A DNA stretch of 64,000 nucleotides from the NCBI GenBank assembly GCA_035294085.1, contig DATGLP010000006.1, forward strand, positions 2,595 through 66,594, read 5' to 3'. The position numbers and the translations under genes are program-made. The stretch is from Acidimicrobiales bacterium (GTDB taxonomy: Bacteria > Actinomycetota > Acidimicrobiia > Acidimicrobiales > Bog-793). The notes beneath the pieces were generated by a model. The model searched no databases. It was not told the origin of the DNA and saw only the letters and a list, made by a program, of their open reading frames with translations. Below are positions 34,607 to 45,234 of the stretch, one piece after another (the stretch's first letter is position 1; each line of letters opens with the position of its first letter).

Positions 34607-36016
34607 ATGGACGCCACGACGCGCCGACTGGTCGACTACACCCTCGGGTTTGCGTGGGCGGACCTGACAGAGTCCGCGCGCGACCTCGCCGTTCGTCACC
34701 TCGCCGACTCGCTCGCCTGCGCGATCGCGGGCTACTTCACCGAGCCGGCGCAGGCCGCGGTGCGCGTCGCGTCACGCGTCGGCAGCGACACGCCGGTGAC
34801 CGTGCTGGGCGCGGGCATCACCTCGGCACCTGCCTACGGCGCCTTCGCCAACACCGTGATGGTTCGCGCGCTCGACTGGAACGACGGCATGCTCGCTCGA
34901 GGCGGCGGACACCCGAGCGACCTCGTCGCCGGGCTCCTCGCCGCGGCCGAGGTCGTCGGGGCCTCAGGCGTCGAGCTCCTCGAGGCGATGACGCTCTCCT
35001 ACGAGGTCCTCGGCGCCCTCGGCAACGCCGCGCCCGTCCACGAACGCGGCTGGGACCAGGGCACCTTCATGGGGGTGGCCGCCGCCCTCGGCATCGGCCG
35101 GCTCTACGGCCTCAGTGCGGACCAGCTCGCCAACGCCGTGTCGATCTCGATCGTCCCGGCGATCCCGCTCATGGTGACGCGTCGCGGCGAGCTCTCGCAC
35201 TGGAAGGGCGCGGCCACCGCCGCGGCGATCCTCAACGCGACGAACGCCGTTGCGCTGGCGCGCGAGGGCTTCACCGGGCCCAGCGAGCCCTTCGAGGGGC
35301 GCCACGGCGTCATCGAGCAGGTTTCGGGCCCCCTTGAGCTGTCCCTGCCCGTCTACCCGGACGGACCACGGGTCGTCGAGCTCTCGCACCTGAAGGCGTA
35401 CCCCGCCGAGACCCACGCGCAGGGCCTGCTCGGCATCGTCCCCGAGATCCGCGCCTGGACGGCGATCGAGGAGATCGCCTCCGTCGAGGTCGAGGCCTAC
35501 CGCATCGTCTACAGCGAGATCGGCTCGCACCCGAGTGTGTGGGACCCCAAGACGCGCGAGACGGCCGACCACAGCCTCCCCTACCTCCTCGCCGTCGCGA
35601 TGGTCGACGGCGAGGTCACCCTGGACTCCTTCCGCCCCGAGCGCATCGCGGACCCGGCGCTGCGCCCCCTGATGGCGAAGATCAGGATCGTCGAGGACCC
35701 CGCACTCACCGCCAACTACCGGCCGCCCGGGCTCGAGATCGCCGGGAACCCCTGCGTCCGGATCACGATCCGGAAGACGACGGGAGAGACCTTCGCGCGC
35801 GAGGTCACCTTCCCGAAGGGCCACTTCCGCAACCCACTCACACGCGAGGACATCGACGCCAAGCTGCAGAAGATCTGCGCCGGCGTCGTGAAGGACGACG
35901 TGCGCGACGAGATCAGAGCCGCGCTCTGGGAGGTCGCGCGCGCACCCGACGTGCGCGGCCTCCTCGCCCTCCTCGGCAGCTTCGCCGCCGACGGTGCGGC
36001 GCGCGGCACACGATGA
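34607..36016 (+). CDS. MmgE/PrpD family protein (paralogue 1)
   Basis: 469-aa ORF. FANTVMVRALDWNDGMLARGGGHPSD, RGWDQGTF and ETADHSLPYLLAVA are MmgE/PrpD hallmarks. Confidence 0.85.
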   Translation: MDATTRRLVDYTLGFAWADLTESARDLAVRHLADSLACAIAGYFTEPAQAAVRVASRVGSDTPVTVLGAGITSAPAYGAFANTVMVRALDWNDGMLARGGGHPSDLVAGLLAAAEVVGASGVELLEAMTLSYEVLGALGNAAPVHERGWDQGTFMGVAAALGIGRLYGLSADQLANAVSISIVPAIPLMVTRRGELSHWKGAATAAAILNATNAVALAREGFTGPSEPFEGRHGVIEQVSGPLELSLPVYPDGPRVVELSHLKAYPAETHAQGLLGIVPEIRAWTAIEEIASVEVEAYRIVYSEIGSHPSVWDPKTRETADHSLPYLLAVAMVDGEVTLDSFRPERIADPALRPLMAKIRIVEDPALTANYRPPGLEIAGNPCVRITIRKTTGETFAREVTFPKGHFRNPLTREDIDAKLQKICAGVVKDDVRDEIRAALWEVARAPDVRGLLALLGSFAADGAARGTR

Positions 36017-37662
36017 GGGTCGACGAAGCGCTCGCGACCGCGGTCGCGGCCGAGGGCGTCACGGCCGTGTTCGGGATGATGGGCGACGCGAACGCCCGCT
36101 GGATGCAACGCCTCGGCGAGCGCGGCGTCGAGGTCGTCCACGTCCGCCACGAGGGGGCGGGCCTCGCCATGGCCGACGGGTGGGCGCGCATGACCGGGGT
36201 GCCCGGCGTGTGCACGACCACGGGCGGCCCCGGCTGCGCCCAGCTCGCCACGACCGCCCTCGCCGCGAGCCGAGCCCGCACACCGCTCGTCGCGTTCTGC
36301 GGCGACGTGCCGCTCGGGGACGACCAGAATGCGCAGCACCTCGACCAGGCGCGCTTCGCCGCCGCGATCGAGGCCGGGTTCGTACGCCTCACGAGCGCCG
36401 AGCGCGCCCACGCGGCGATCCAGCGCGCCTTCTACCGGGCGAGGATCGAGTCGCGCCCGATCATCTTGAGCATGCCAGTCGAGGTGAAGGACCAGGAGCT
36501 CGACGACGACGACGAGTACGTGCCGTCGGCCTCGATCATCGACCCGTCACCCATCTGGCCAGAACCAGACGCCATCGAGCGAGCCGCCGAGCTCGTGGCC
36601 GCCAGCGAGCGGCCGGTGCTCCTCGTCGGACGCGGTGCGATGCGCTCGGGCGCGGGCGCGGCGGTGCGCTCGCTCGCCGATCGACTCGGCGCCGTGGTCG
36701 CGACGACGCTCATGGCGAAGAACTGGCTGAACGACTACCCCTACCACGTCGGCGTGTGCGGCCTCTTCTCGAGCCGGGTAGCCATCGAGTGCTTCGCGGC
36801 GGCCGACTGCGTCATCGCCGCGGGCGCGAGCCTCAACATCTACACGACCGAGTCCGGCTACCTCTTCCCCGCGGCGCGCTTCGTCCAGTTCGACACGAGG
36901 CCGCACCTCGTCATGGGCGACGGTCGGGCGGCGGACTGCTACGTCGAGTCCGACGCTCGCCCCGGCCTCGAGGCGCTCGACGCCGCACTCGCGCGCGCCG
37001 GGGTACGACGCGAGGGCTTCCACCGCCCCGAACTGACGGCACGCCTCGCCTCAGCACTCGACGACCCGGCCAGCTTCGATCTCCCGCCCGGCACGCTCGA
37101 CCCGCGCGACGTGGTTCGGACGCTCGACGCCGAGCTGCCGGCGCACGTCGGGATGATCCTCGGGGGCGGCCAGCAGAACCATTTCGGCATCATGCTGTGC
37201 AACAAGGCGCGAGACTGGCTCCTGCCGAACCTCCACTTCGCGGCGATCGGCCAGGGCCTCACGACGGCCATCGGCGCCGTGATCGCGATGGGGCGACGCC
37301 CCGGTTTCCTGATGGAGGGCGATGCGGGGTTCCTCATGCACCTCGCCGAGTTCGAGACCGCCGTCCGCTACCGGGTGCCGCTCCTCGTGGTCGTGATGAA
37401 CGACGAGGGCATGGCGGCCGAGTACCACTCGATGCACGCGAAGGGGGTGGACCTGCGAATGACCGCCATCCCGACGCCGGACCTCGGCCGCGTCGCGGAC
37501 GCGATGGGCGGCCGAGGGTCCCTGTGCCGCACCCTCGACGAGCTGCGCGACGCGCTACGGCGCTTCGTCGCCGATCCGGCGCCGTCCCTCGTCGACGTGC
37601 GCATCGCCCGCAACGTCCCCAGCATCCCGAACCGGCGCCGCTTCTACGGTCTCGATGCCTAG
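36013..37662 (+). CDS. thiamine diphosphate-dependent enzyme (acetolactate-synthase-like fold), paralogue A
   Basis: ATG 36013 overlaps the PrpD-like stop (ATGA). N-terminal Pyr domain with VRHEGAGLAMADGWAR. ThDP motif variant GDAGFLMHLAEFETAVRYRVPLLVVVMND (GDA-x24-ND). Confidence 0.85.
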   Translation: MRVDEALATAVAAEGVTAVFGMMGDANARWMQRLGERGVEVVHVRHEGAGLAMADGWARMTGVPGVCTTTGGPGCAQLATTALAASRARTPLVAFCGDVPLGDDQNAQHLDQARFAAAIEAGFVRLTSAERAHAAIQRAFYRARIESRPIILSMPVEVKDQELDDDDEYVPSASIIDPSPIWPEPDAIERAAELVAASERPVLLVGRGAMRSGAGAAVRSLADRLGAVVATTLMAKNWLNDYPYHVGVCGLFSSRVAIECFAAADCVIAAGASLNIYTTESGYLFPAARFVQFDTRPHLVMGDGRAADCYVESDARPGLEALDAALARAGVRREGFHRPELTARLASALDDPASFDLPPGTLDPRDVVRTLDAELPAHVGMILGGGQQNHFGIMLCNKARDWLLPNLHFAAIGQGLTTAIGAVIAMGRRPGFLMEGDAGFLMHLAEFETAVRYRVPLLVVVMNDEGMAAEYHSMHAKGVDLRMTAIPTPDLGRVADAMGGRGSLCRTLDELRDALRRFVADPAPSLVDVRIARNVPSIPNRRRFYGLDA

Positions 37663-38650
37663 ACCCTCGCGCGCTGGCACCGGGCTGGCGACGCCCGCTG
37701 CGCTCGGCGAGTGGTCGACGACGACGGACGTCGTGCGCAGCGTCGACCTCACGGGCCGGCGGGCCATCGTGACCGGCGCCACCGCGGGGCTCGGCCTGGA
37801 GAGCGCGCGGGCGCTCGCGGCCGCCGGGGCACGCGTCGTGCTGGCTGGACGCGACCCGGGGCGGCTCGCGCGCGCCGAGGAGGAGATCGAGCGCGCCGCG
37901 CCCGGTGCGCTCGTCGACGCGCTGGTCTGCGACCTCGCCTCGCTCGCGAGCGTCCGTCGTGCCACCGAGGAGGTGCGCGCGAGCGGCGAGGCGCTCGACC
38001 TGCTCGTGAACAACGCCGGCGTCACCCCCCGCTCGCTCGGGCCGGTGACCGAGGCCCCGCGCACGCTCGAGGGCTTCGAGCTCAGCCTCGGCACGAACCA
38101 CCTCGGCCACTTCCTCCTCACCTGTCGGCTCGCGCCGCTCCTCCTCGAGCACGGCGCCCGGGTCATCAACGTGGGCTCGGGCGCCCACCGCGACTCCTCG
38201 ATGCGCTGGGAGGACCCCCACTACCTGCGCCGCCCCTACGACGTACGCGAGGCCTACGGGCAGTCGAAGACGGCGAACGCGCTCTTCACCCTCGGTCTCG
38301 AGCGGCGGCTCGGGAACCGGGGAGTCCACGCCTTCACCGTTCGCCCCGGAGCCACCTCCCCGGGCGCGAGCAACGAGCGGCCCGAGCTCGTCGAGGCGGC
38401 GAGTCGAGACAAGCGCCGCTACCCGGTGGAGGTCGCGGCCGCGACGACGGTGTGGGCGTGCACGGCGCCCGAGCTCGACGCGCACGGCGCCGCCTACCTC
38501 TACCGCTGCCGCGTCGTCGCCGAGCCGGGGGCGCCAGGGTCGGCAGACGACCACGCGCCGTGGATCTTCGACGAGGACGCCGCCGAGCGCCTGTGGGCGT
38601 GGTCCGAGGAGCAGGTCGGCGAGCACTTCGCGCTCGGCGCCCCGCGATGA
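37655..38650 (+). CDS. short-chain dehydrogenase/reductase
   Basis: ATG 37655 overlaps the upstream gene by 8 nt. TGATAGLG cofactor motif, NNAG, and catalytic YGQSK. Confidence 0.85.
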   Translation: MPRPSRAGTGLATPAALGEWSTTTDVVRSVDLTGRRAIVTGATAGLGLESARALAAAGARVVLAGRDPGRLARAEEEIERAAPGALVDALVCDLASLASVRRATEEVRASGEALDLLVNNAGVTPRSLGPVTEAPRTLEGFELSLGTNHLGHFLLTCRLAPLLLEHGARVINVGSGAHRDSSMRWEDPHYLRRPYDVREAYGQSKTANALFTLGLERRLGNRGVHAFTVRPGATSPGASNERPELVEAASRDKRRYPVEVAAATTVWACTAPELDAHGAAYLYRCRVVAEPGAPGSADDHAPWIFDEDAAERLWAWSEEQVGEHFALGAPR

Positions 38651-38762
38651 GCACGCCTGGGGCGCGTCGCTCGATTGCAGCGGGGGTCCGCCACTGGCCG
38701 CCTCGCCGAGGGGGCGCGGGCGCCCGCCGGCATCGGCGAGCCGACTGGAAGCGGCGGAGCTC

Positions 38763-40403
38763 GTGACGACCAGCGGTGCCGAGACCGGCACGGTCGCTGC
38801 GGCGATCGCGGCCTGCGTGGCGGACCTCGGCATCCGCCGCGTCTACGGCCTGCCCGGCGAGGACCACCTCCTCCTCCTCCACGAGCTCGAGCTCGCCGGC
38901 TGCACCTACGTGCCCGCGCGCGACGAGAGCGCGGCCTGCATCATGGCGGCCGCCGAGAGCCAGGCGACCGGGCTGCCCGGACTCGCCGTCGTCACCTTGG
39001 CCCCGGGCATCACGAACGCCCTGAACGGCCTGGCGAGCGCGTTCTTGGACCACGTCCCCCTCCTCGTCGTGAGCGGCCAGCACGACCCTGATCGCCGGCC
39101 GCTCATCGTGCGCCAGTCCCTCGATTCCCACGCGCTCGTCGCGCCGGTCACGAAGTGGCGGGCGACCATCGGGGGCCACGTCCACCAGCTCCTCGCGAAG
39201 GCGCTCGACGCCGCGGTCGCACCCCCCGCCGGCCCCGTCTTCCTGGAGCTCCCGCCGTCGGTGGCGCGCAGCCCGGCGCTCGATGGCGCGCCCGACTGGC
39301 GCCCCCTTCTCGCCGGCACCGACCGCCCCGGGCCGCCGGTGGCTCCGCCGGGCGCGCTCGCCCCGGTGCGCGAGGCGCTCGGCGCGGCGCGCCGACCGGT
39401 CGTCCTCGTCGGCGGCCGCTGCCCGCCCGACGCCGGTCCGCCGATCGCGCGCCTCGCGGCGGCGCTGCGCGCTCCGGCGTTCACGACGCCGGCGGCCAAG
39501 GGGACGCTGCGAGACGGCGACCCCTTCCTCGCCGGCACCTTCCTCAACGGCAACCTCGAGGCGGCGCTGCTCGAGCGAGCCGACGTCGTGCTCGCGGTGG
39601 GGCTCGACGCCTACGACTTCTTCAACGGCCCCTGGCGCTACGGCGCCACGATCCTCGCCGTCGAGCCCGACGCGACGAGCGTGCAGCGCGTCCTGCCCGC
39701 GCGCTACCAGGTCGTCGGGGACCCGCGGACGCTGTGCGAGGACCTCCTCGCCGGCGAGCTCGCCGGCGCGTCCGCGTGGGAGCCTGGCGACGTCGCCGCC
39801 TACCGTGCCGGCGTGCTCGAGCGGTTCTCGCTCGACGACGAGGCGCTCACGATCCCCGCGGCGATCGTCGACGCTCGCTCGCTGCTCCCCGACGACACCA
39901 TCGTCACCGTCGATGCCGGCTTCGGCAAGCCCCTCCATGCGCTCCTGTGGGCGGCGCGCTGCCCCAACGCCTGCTTCAGCTCCCAGGGGCTGTCGACGAT
40001 GGGCTACGCGATCCCGGCCGCCAACGCCCTCAAGCTCGTCTGGCCGCAGCGCACGGTCGTCGCCTTCCTCGGCGACGGATCCCTCTACCTGCGCGCGAGC
40101 GAGATCGGGGTCGCCGCCGAGCAGGGCGTGGCGCCGATCTACGTCGTGTGGTCCGACGCCTGCCTCTCGCAGATCGCGGTGAAGCAGGACCGTCAGTCGC
40201 TCAGGCGCGTCGGCGTCGACGTCGCCGCATCGTCCTGCGAGCGCATCGCAGCCGCCTTCGGCGGAGTCGGCTGGGACGTGGACAGCCGCGCCTCGTTCCG
40301 CGACGCGCTGCGCGAGGCGATGGCCTCGCGTGCCCCGGCGCTCATCGGCGCTCGGGTCGACCAGCGCTCGCGCGCGTCGTGGTTCGAGCTCGTCCGCGGC
40401 TGA
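38763..40403 (+). CDS. thiamine diphosphate-dependent enzyme (acetolactate-synthase large-subunit-like), divergent third member
   Basis: 546-aa ORF. VYGLPGEDHLLLLHEL, ARDESAACIMAAA and GDGSLYLRASEIGVAAEQGVAPIYVVWSD (atypical end of the ThDP motif). Confidence 0.8.
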   Translation: MTTSGAETGTVAAAIAACVADLGIRRVYGLPGEDHLLLLHELELAGCTYVPARDESAACIMAAAESQATGLPGLAVVTLAPGITNALNGLASAFLDHVPLLVVSGQHDPDRRPLIVRQSLDSHALVAPVTKWRATIGGHVHQLLAKALDAAVAPPAGPVFLELPPSVARSPALDGAPDWRPLLAGTDRPGPPVAPPGALAPVREALGAARRPVVLVGGRCPPDAGPPIARLAAALRAPAFTTPAAKGTLRDGDPFLAGTFLNGNLEAALLERADVVLAVGLDAYDFFNGPWRYGATILAVEPDATSVQRVLPARYQVVGDPRTLCEDLLAGELAGASAWEPGDVAAYRAGVLERFSLDDEALTIPAAIVDARSLLPDDTIVTVDAGFGKPLHALLWAARCPNACFSSQGLSTMGYAIPAANALKLVWPQRTVVAFLGDGSLYLRASEIGVAAEQGVAPIYVVWSDACLSQIAVKQDRQSLRRVGVDVAASSCERIAAAFGGVGWDVDSRASFRDALREAMASRAPALIGARVDQRSRASWFELVRG

Positions 40404-40425
40404 GCTCGCCGACGCGAGCGCCGCG

Positions 40426-41352
40426 TCAGCCCGCGAGGAGCTCGAGCTCGGCGAGCTCGTCCGGCTCGAGGTGCCAGGACCCGCAGGCTGCCGCGTTCCG
40501 CTCGACGTGCGCCGGGCTCGACGCGCCGGCGATCACCGTCGCGACCGGCCGGTGCGCGAGCAGGAAGGCGAAGGCGAGCTCGACGAGGCTGCGGCCGTGC
40601 TCGCGTGCCCAGGCGGCGAGGCGGTCGAGGCGATCGAAGTTCTCCGCCGTCAGCCACTCGGGCACCCGGGCGCGCCAGCGGTCCCACTCGGCGAAGCGCG
40701 TCCCCGCCGGTGGGGGCCGGCCGCGCTCGTACTTGCCCGTGAGCAGCCCGCCCGCAAGCGGGCAGTACGGGACGTAGGCGATCCCGAGCCGCTCGCAGAC
40801 AGGCAGCACGCTCTGCGCGTCGCCGGGTTCGAGGAGGTTGAGGCGGTTCTGCACGCTGACGAAGCGCACGCCGCTCGAGGCGGCCGCCTCCGCCTCGAGC
40901 AGCTGGTCCGCGGAGAACTTCGAGCACCCGATCTCACGGACCTTGCCAGCAGCGACGAGCTGCGCGAGGGCGCCGAGCGTGTCGGCGATGGGCGTGGCCG
41001 GATCGGGACGGTGCAGCTGGTAGAGGTCGATCCGGTCGGTGCCGAGTCGCCGCAGGCTCCGGTCGACGGCGGCACGCACGTGGGCCGGCGCCGCGCACGC
41101 CTCGACACCGGGTGCAACGCGGGAGCCGAACTTCGTCGCGAGCACCACCTCGTCGCGCGAGGACCGGACGGCTCGCCCCACCCACTCCTCGGCCGCTACC
41201 TGGCGGTCCGAGAGGTCGAAGAAGGTGACCCCCTGCTCGCGCGCGGCGGCAACGATGGCCCTCGCGCCCGTCTCGTCGACCATCGCGCCGAGGCTGCCGC
41301 AGCCGAGCCCGAGGACGGAGACCTCGAGCGAACCGATGCGCCTCGTCTCCAC
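40426..41352 (-). CDS. aldo/keto reductase
   Basis: 308-aa ORF. GLGCGSLG, the FDLSD region, GTDRIDLYQLHRPD and VIAGASSPAHVE. Confidence 0.85.
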   Translation of the reverse strand: METRRIGSLEVSVLGLGCGSLGAMVDETGARAIVAAAREQGVTFFDLSDRQVAAEEWVGRAVRSSRDEVVLATKFGSRVAPGVEACAAPAHVRAAVDRSLRRLGTDRIDLYQLHRPDPATPIADTLGALAQLVAAGKVREIGCSKFSADQLLEAEAAASSGVRFVSVQNRLNLLEPGDAQSVLPVCERLGIAYVPYCPLAGGLLTGKYERGRPPPAGTRFAEWDRWRARVPEWLTAENFDRLDRLAAWAREHGRSLVELAFAFLLAHRPVATVIAGASSPAHVERNAAACGSWHLEPDELAELELLAG

Positions 41353-41373
41353 CGCGCCGCCTGCCCGCAGGAC

Positions 41374-43023
41374 TCAGGCGTCCTGGCCGAACCACAGGCG
41401 CCGGTAGGGGATGCTGATCACCTGGCGGGAGATGCGCACGTCGATGATCGTCGGTCGGGGCTGCGCGACGAAGGCCGCCGTCGCGTCCCGCACCTCGTCG
41501 ATCGTGCGCGCGAGGGCGCCCGCCCCGCCCATGGCTCGCGCCACGGCACCGAGGTCCGGCGTGGGAATGCGCGCCAGCTCGGCCTTCAGTCCCTTCGCGA
41601 CGGACTTCTGGTACTCGGCGCCCAGTGCCTCGTCGTTCATCACGACGACGAGGAGGGGCAGGCGGTAGCGCACGGCCGTCTCGAACTCGGCGAGGTGCAT
41701 GAGGAACCCGGCGTCGCCTTCGACGAGGAACGCGGGCCGCTTGCCCTTCGCGACGAGCGCCCCGATGGCGGTCGTGAGCCCCTGGCCGATGCAGCCGAAG
41801 TGCTGGTTCGCGAGCAGCCACGACCGCCCACGGTTGAACAGCATGGTGCTGAAGCAGATCTGCTGGCCGCCCCCGAGGACGAGACCGATCTCGGGCGGCA
41901 CGATCGAGTCGATGACGCGGCAGGCCTCGCGCGGATCGACCGTGCCCGGCTCGAGGTCGAAGCGCGCCGGGTCGTCGAACGCGCTCGCCAGCTTCTCCTT
42001 CACCTCCGGCGTGTGGTAGCCGACGGCGGTCACCGACCGCTCCTCGAGGAGGCGGTCGAGCGCCTCGACGCCGAGGCGCGCGTCGGTGTGCACGAAGCAG
42101 TCCGCGAGACGGCCGTCGCCCATGACGACGTTGGGCCGCGAGTCGAGGTGGACGACGCGAGCGTTCGGGTACAGCAGGCCGTGCTCGGTCGTGTACCGAT
42201 TGAGGCTCGCGCCGACGCCGATGACACAGTCCGCCTCTTGGAACAGCTCGATGGCAGAGCGGGTCGCGTACAGGCCCGAGATCCCCGCGTGAAACTCGGC
42301 GTCGTTCAGCCAGTTCTTCGCCATGAGCGTCGTCGCGATGAGCGCGCCGATGCGCGACGCGAGCCGACGGACGGCGTCGCCGGCCCCGGCGCGCATCGCG
42401 CCGCGCCCGACGACGATCACGGGTCGCTCGCTCGAGGCGACGATCTCGGCCGCCTCCTTCAGGCGCTCGGGGTTCGGGTACGCAGGGGGGGTCCGCAGGA
42501 GCGCGTGGGAGGGCACGTACTCCTCGTCATCGTCGACGATCTCCTGCTGGACGTCCATCGGGGCGCTCAGCATCACCGGCCTCGACTCCAGCCGGGCGAG
42601 GTAGAAGGCGCGCTGCACCGCCTTGTAGGCGGTATCCGCCGCGGTGACGCGCACGAAGGCGGCCTCGATCGCCTCGGCGAAGCGCTGCTGGTCGAGCCAC
42701 TGCACCGCCTCGTCGTCGCCCCAGGCGACCTCCCCGCAGAAGGCGACGAGGGGCGTGCGGGCCCGGCTGGCGACGAGCATGGTCGTCGCCAGCTGGGCGC
42801 ACCCGGGACCGCTCGTCGTCGTGCACACCCCCGGCTCGCCGGCGAGGCGGGCAAAGCCGTCCGCCATGGCGAGGCCCGCTCCCTCGTGCCGCACCTCGTA
42901 CTGCTCGACGCCGAGGTCGTCGAGGGCGTTCATCCAGTACATGTTGGCGTCGCCGAGCATGCCGAACACCGCGGAGGTGCCCTCCCGCGCGAACGCCCTC
43001 GCCAGTGCTTCGTAGACCCGCAC
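41374..43023 (-). CDS. thiamine diphosphate-dependent enzyme, paralogue B of 36013..37662
   Basis: GTG 43023 (VRVYEALARAFAREG...) with GGAG upstream. It looks collinear with paralogue A, including VRHEGAGLAMADGFAR and GDAGFLMHLAEFETAVRYRLPLLVVVMND. Confidence 0.85.
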   Translation of the reverse strand: MRVYEALARAFAREGTSAVFGMLGDANMYWMNALDDLGVEQYEVRHEGAGLAMADGFARLAGEPGVCTTTSGPGCAQLATTMLVASRARTPLVAFCGEVAWGDDEAVQWLDQQRFAEAIEAAFVRVTAADTAYKAVQRAFYLARLESRPVMLSAPMDVQQEIVDDDEEYVPSHALLRTPPAYPNPERLKEAAEIVASSERPVIVVGRGAMRAGAGDAVRRLASRIGALIATTLMAKNWLNDAEFHAGISGLYATRSAIELFQEADCVIGVGASLNRYTTEHGLLYPNARVVHLDSRPNVVMGDGRLADCFVHTDARLGVEALDRLLEERSVTAVGYHTPEVKEKLASAFDDPARFDLEPGTVDPREACRVIDSIVPPEIGLVLGGGQQICFSTMLFNRGRSWLLANQHFGCIGQGLTTAIGALVAKGKRPAFLVEGDAGFLMHLAEFETAVRYRLPLLVVVMNDEALGAEYQKSVAKGLKAELARIPTPDLGAVARAMGGAGALARTIDEVRDATAAFVAQPRPTIIDVRISRQVISIPYRRLWFGQDA

Positions 43024-43220
43024 CTCACCAGCTCCCTTCGACCACGGCGACGCACCCGCCGCCGATGCACCTCGACGACGGGCCGACGGACCCGATCCCG
43101 CGGTCGGGGCCACCGCGTACCTCGCCCGCACCCCTCGCCACGGCGACGGGGCCGGTCGCCGGGACCCCTCCAGCGTGCCCTCGAGATCGAGCACCGTTGA
43201 CGCCCGACCGAGACGGCCGT

Positions 43221-43243
43221 ATCGTATACAGTTGTGTACAAAG
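43221..43243. promoter_or_regulatory. GntR-type operator candidate ATCGTATAC-AGTT-GTGTACAAAG
   Basis: The only AT-rich patch in the 351-nt divergent region between ThDP paralogue B and PrpD-like paralogue 2. Same architecture as 33126..33147. Confidence 0.45.
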
Positions 43244-43374
43244 CGTCAAGGCCCGCCCGCCGCCGCGCGTGGCCCGGCCCGATGGTGCGGCCGAGCGCGG
43301 CGGGGTGACGGGCGCGGCGCTCGCGCCAGGTTCGTGGCGCGCAGCGAGACGAAGGGGGGCGAGGGGAGCCGCTC

Positions 43375-44793
43375 GTGGACGCGACGACAGAGAAGCTGGT
43401 CGCCTACGCCCTCGCTGCCGAGACCGACCTGCGCCCCGCGGTGCGGATCGCCGCGCTGCAGCGCGTCGTCGATTCGGTGGCCTGCGCGATCGCCGGCTAC
43501 GACACGGCCCCGGCGCGCGTCGCCCGGCGCCTCGCCCGCCGCGTCCGCGCCGACCTGCCCGCGACGGTGTTCGGCGACGGCACCCCCACGGCGCCCGAGC
43601 TCGCTGCGTTCGCCAACACCGTGATGGTGCGCGCCCTCGACTGGAACGACGGGATGCTCGCGCGCGGCGGGGGGCACCCGAGCGACATGATCCCCGCCGT
43701 GCTCGCGGCCGGCGAGGTCGCCCACGCCTCGGGGCGGGAGGTCCTCGCCGCCATCGTGCTCGCCTACGAGGTCCTCGGCTCGCTCGGCAGCGCCACCGGG
43801 CTGCGAGAGCGGGGGTGGGACCAGGGGACGTTCATCGCGGTGGCGAGCGCCCTCGCGATCGGCAGGCTGTCGGGCCTCGGCGCCGACGACCTCGCCAACG
43901 CCGTGTCGCTCGCCATCGTGCCGAACGTCCCGCTGCGAGTCACTCGTGTCGGCCACCTGTCCATGTGGAAGGGGTGCGCGTCGGCTGCCGCCGTGCGCAA
44001 CGCCCTGTTCGCGGTGTCGCTGGCGAGCGAAGGCATGACCGGTCCCGCCGAGCCGTTCGAGGGCAGGTCGGGTCTGTGGGACCAGGTGACGGGGCCCTTC
44101 GAGTTCCAGCTGCCGGTGAACCCGGGTGGTCCGAGCGTGGTCGAGCTCTCGCACCTGAAGCCGTACCCGGCCGAGTCCCACTCCCAGGCGCTCATCTCGC
44201 TCGCGCCGGCAATCCGAGCTGCCGTCGACCCCACGGACATCCGCGCCATCGAGGTCGAGACCTACTGGCACGCCTTCAACGAGATCGGCTCGGACCCGGC
44301 GAAGTGGGACCCCGACACTCGCGAGACCGCCGACCACAGCCTGCCCTACCTGCTCGCTGTGGCGCTCCTCGACGGCACGGTCACGCCCGCCTCCTTCACC
44401 CCCGAGCGCCTCGCCGACCCGGCGCTGCGCGACCTCATGGCGAAGATCGAGGTACGCGAGAACCCGGAGTTCACGGCCCAGTACCGGCCGACCGGCCGCG
44501 AGATCGCCGGCTCGCCGCGCACCCGTATCACCGTCCGAGGTGGCACCGGCGCCCCGTTCGTGGCCGAGGTCGGCTTCCCGAAGGGCCACTACCGCAACCC
44601 GATGTCGCCCGGGGAGACGGATGCGAAGCTCGAGGCGGCCTGCGCGCCACTCGTGGCTCCCGCGAGACGCGAGGAGATCCGCGCCGCGTTCTGGTCGCTC
44701 GATTCGCTGCACGACGTCGGCGACGCGATCAGAACGCTCTCGTCCCTCGCCCCCCCGACGACGGGCGACGCGGTGGGCGTCGGCGACGACTAG
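43375..44793 (+). CDS. MmgE/PrpD family protein (paralogue 2)
   Basis: 472-aa ORF with GAGGGGAG before GTG 43375. It shares FANTVMVRALDWNDGMLARGGGHPSD, RGWDQGTF and ETADHSLPYLLAVA with paralogues 1 and 3. Confidence 0.85.
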   Translation: MDATTEKLVAYALAAETDLRPAVRIAALQRVVDSVACAIAGYDTAPARVARRLARRVRADLPATVFGDGTPTAPELAAFANTVMVRALDWNDGMLARGGGHPSDMIPAVLAAGEVAHASGREVLAAIVLAYEVLGSLGSATGLRERGWDQGTFIAVASALAIGRLSGLGADDLANAVSLAIVPNVPLRVTRVGHLSMWKGCASAAAVRNALFAVSLASEGMTGPAEPFEGRSGLWDQVTGPFEFQLPVNPGGPSVVELSHLKPYPAESHSQALISLAPAIRAAVDPTDIRAIEVETYWHAFNEIGSDPAKWDPDTRETADHSLPYLLAVALLDGTVTPASFTPERLADPALRDLMAKIEVRENPEFTAQYRPTGREIAGSPRTRITVRGGTGAPFVAEVGFPKGHYRNPMSPGETDAKLEAACAPLVAPARREEIRAAFWSLDSLHDVGDAIRTLSSLAPPTTGDAVGVGDD

Positions 44794-44820
44794 GACACCG
44801 AGCACGGAGGGGACAGCGCA

Positions 44821-45234
44821 GTGGACCACTTCGAGTACCTACGGAACGTCGACTGGGAGCGGCTGCGGGCCACGCCTGCAACCGAGCGGGTCACGCAGCG
44901 GCTCCTCGACCCAAGCTCGGGCGCGGCGAACTGCACCTTCGCCGTCATCCGCACCCCGCCGGGCGGCGCCTCGCCCGAGGGGCTGCACGTCCACGAGGTC
45001 GAGCAGCTCGTCTACGTGCTCGACGGCACCCTCAGCGTCGACGTCGACGGAAGGCGCCTGAGCGTCGAGCCCGGCGGTCTCGTCGTGCTCCCGCCGCAGG
45101 TGCCCCACCGAGTCGCGAACGAGGCGCACGAGCCGAGCCTCCACATCGCCATCAACGCACCCGCGCCCGATCCCCGCCAGCCCCGGGCTCGCCGCGTCGA
45201 AGCCGGGGACGCCTCGGAGGCTCGCGCCCGGTGA
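44821..45234 (+). CDS. cupin domain protein
   Basis: 137-aa ORF with a GGAGGGG RBS. Cupin motifs GLHVHEVEQLVYVLDG and LVVLPPQVPHRVAN. Confidence 0.75.
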   Translation: MDHFEYLRNVDWERLRATPATERVTQRLLDPSSGAANCTFAVIRTPPGGASPEGLHVHEVEQLVYVLDGTLSVDVDGRRLSVEPGGLVVLPPQVPHRVANEAHEPSLHIAINAPAPDPRQPRARRVEAGDASEARAR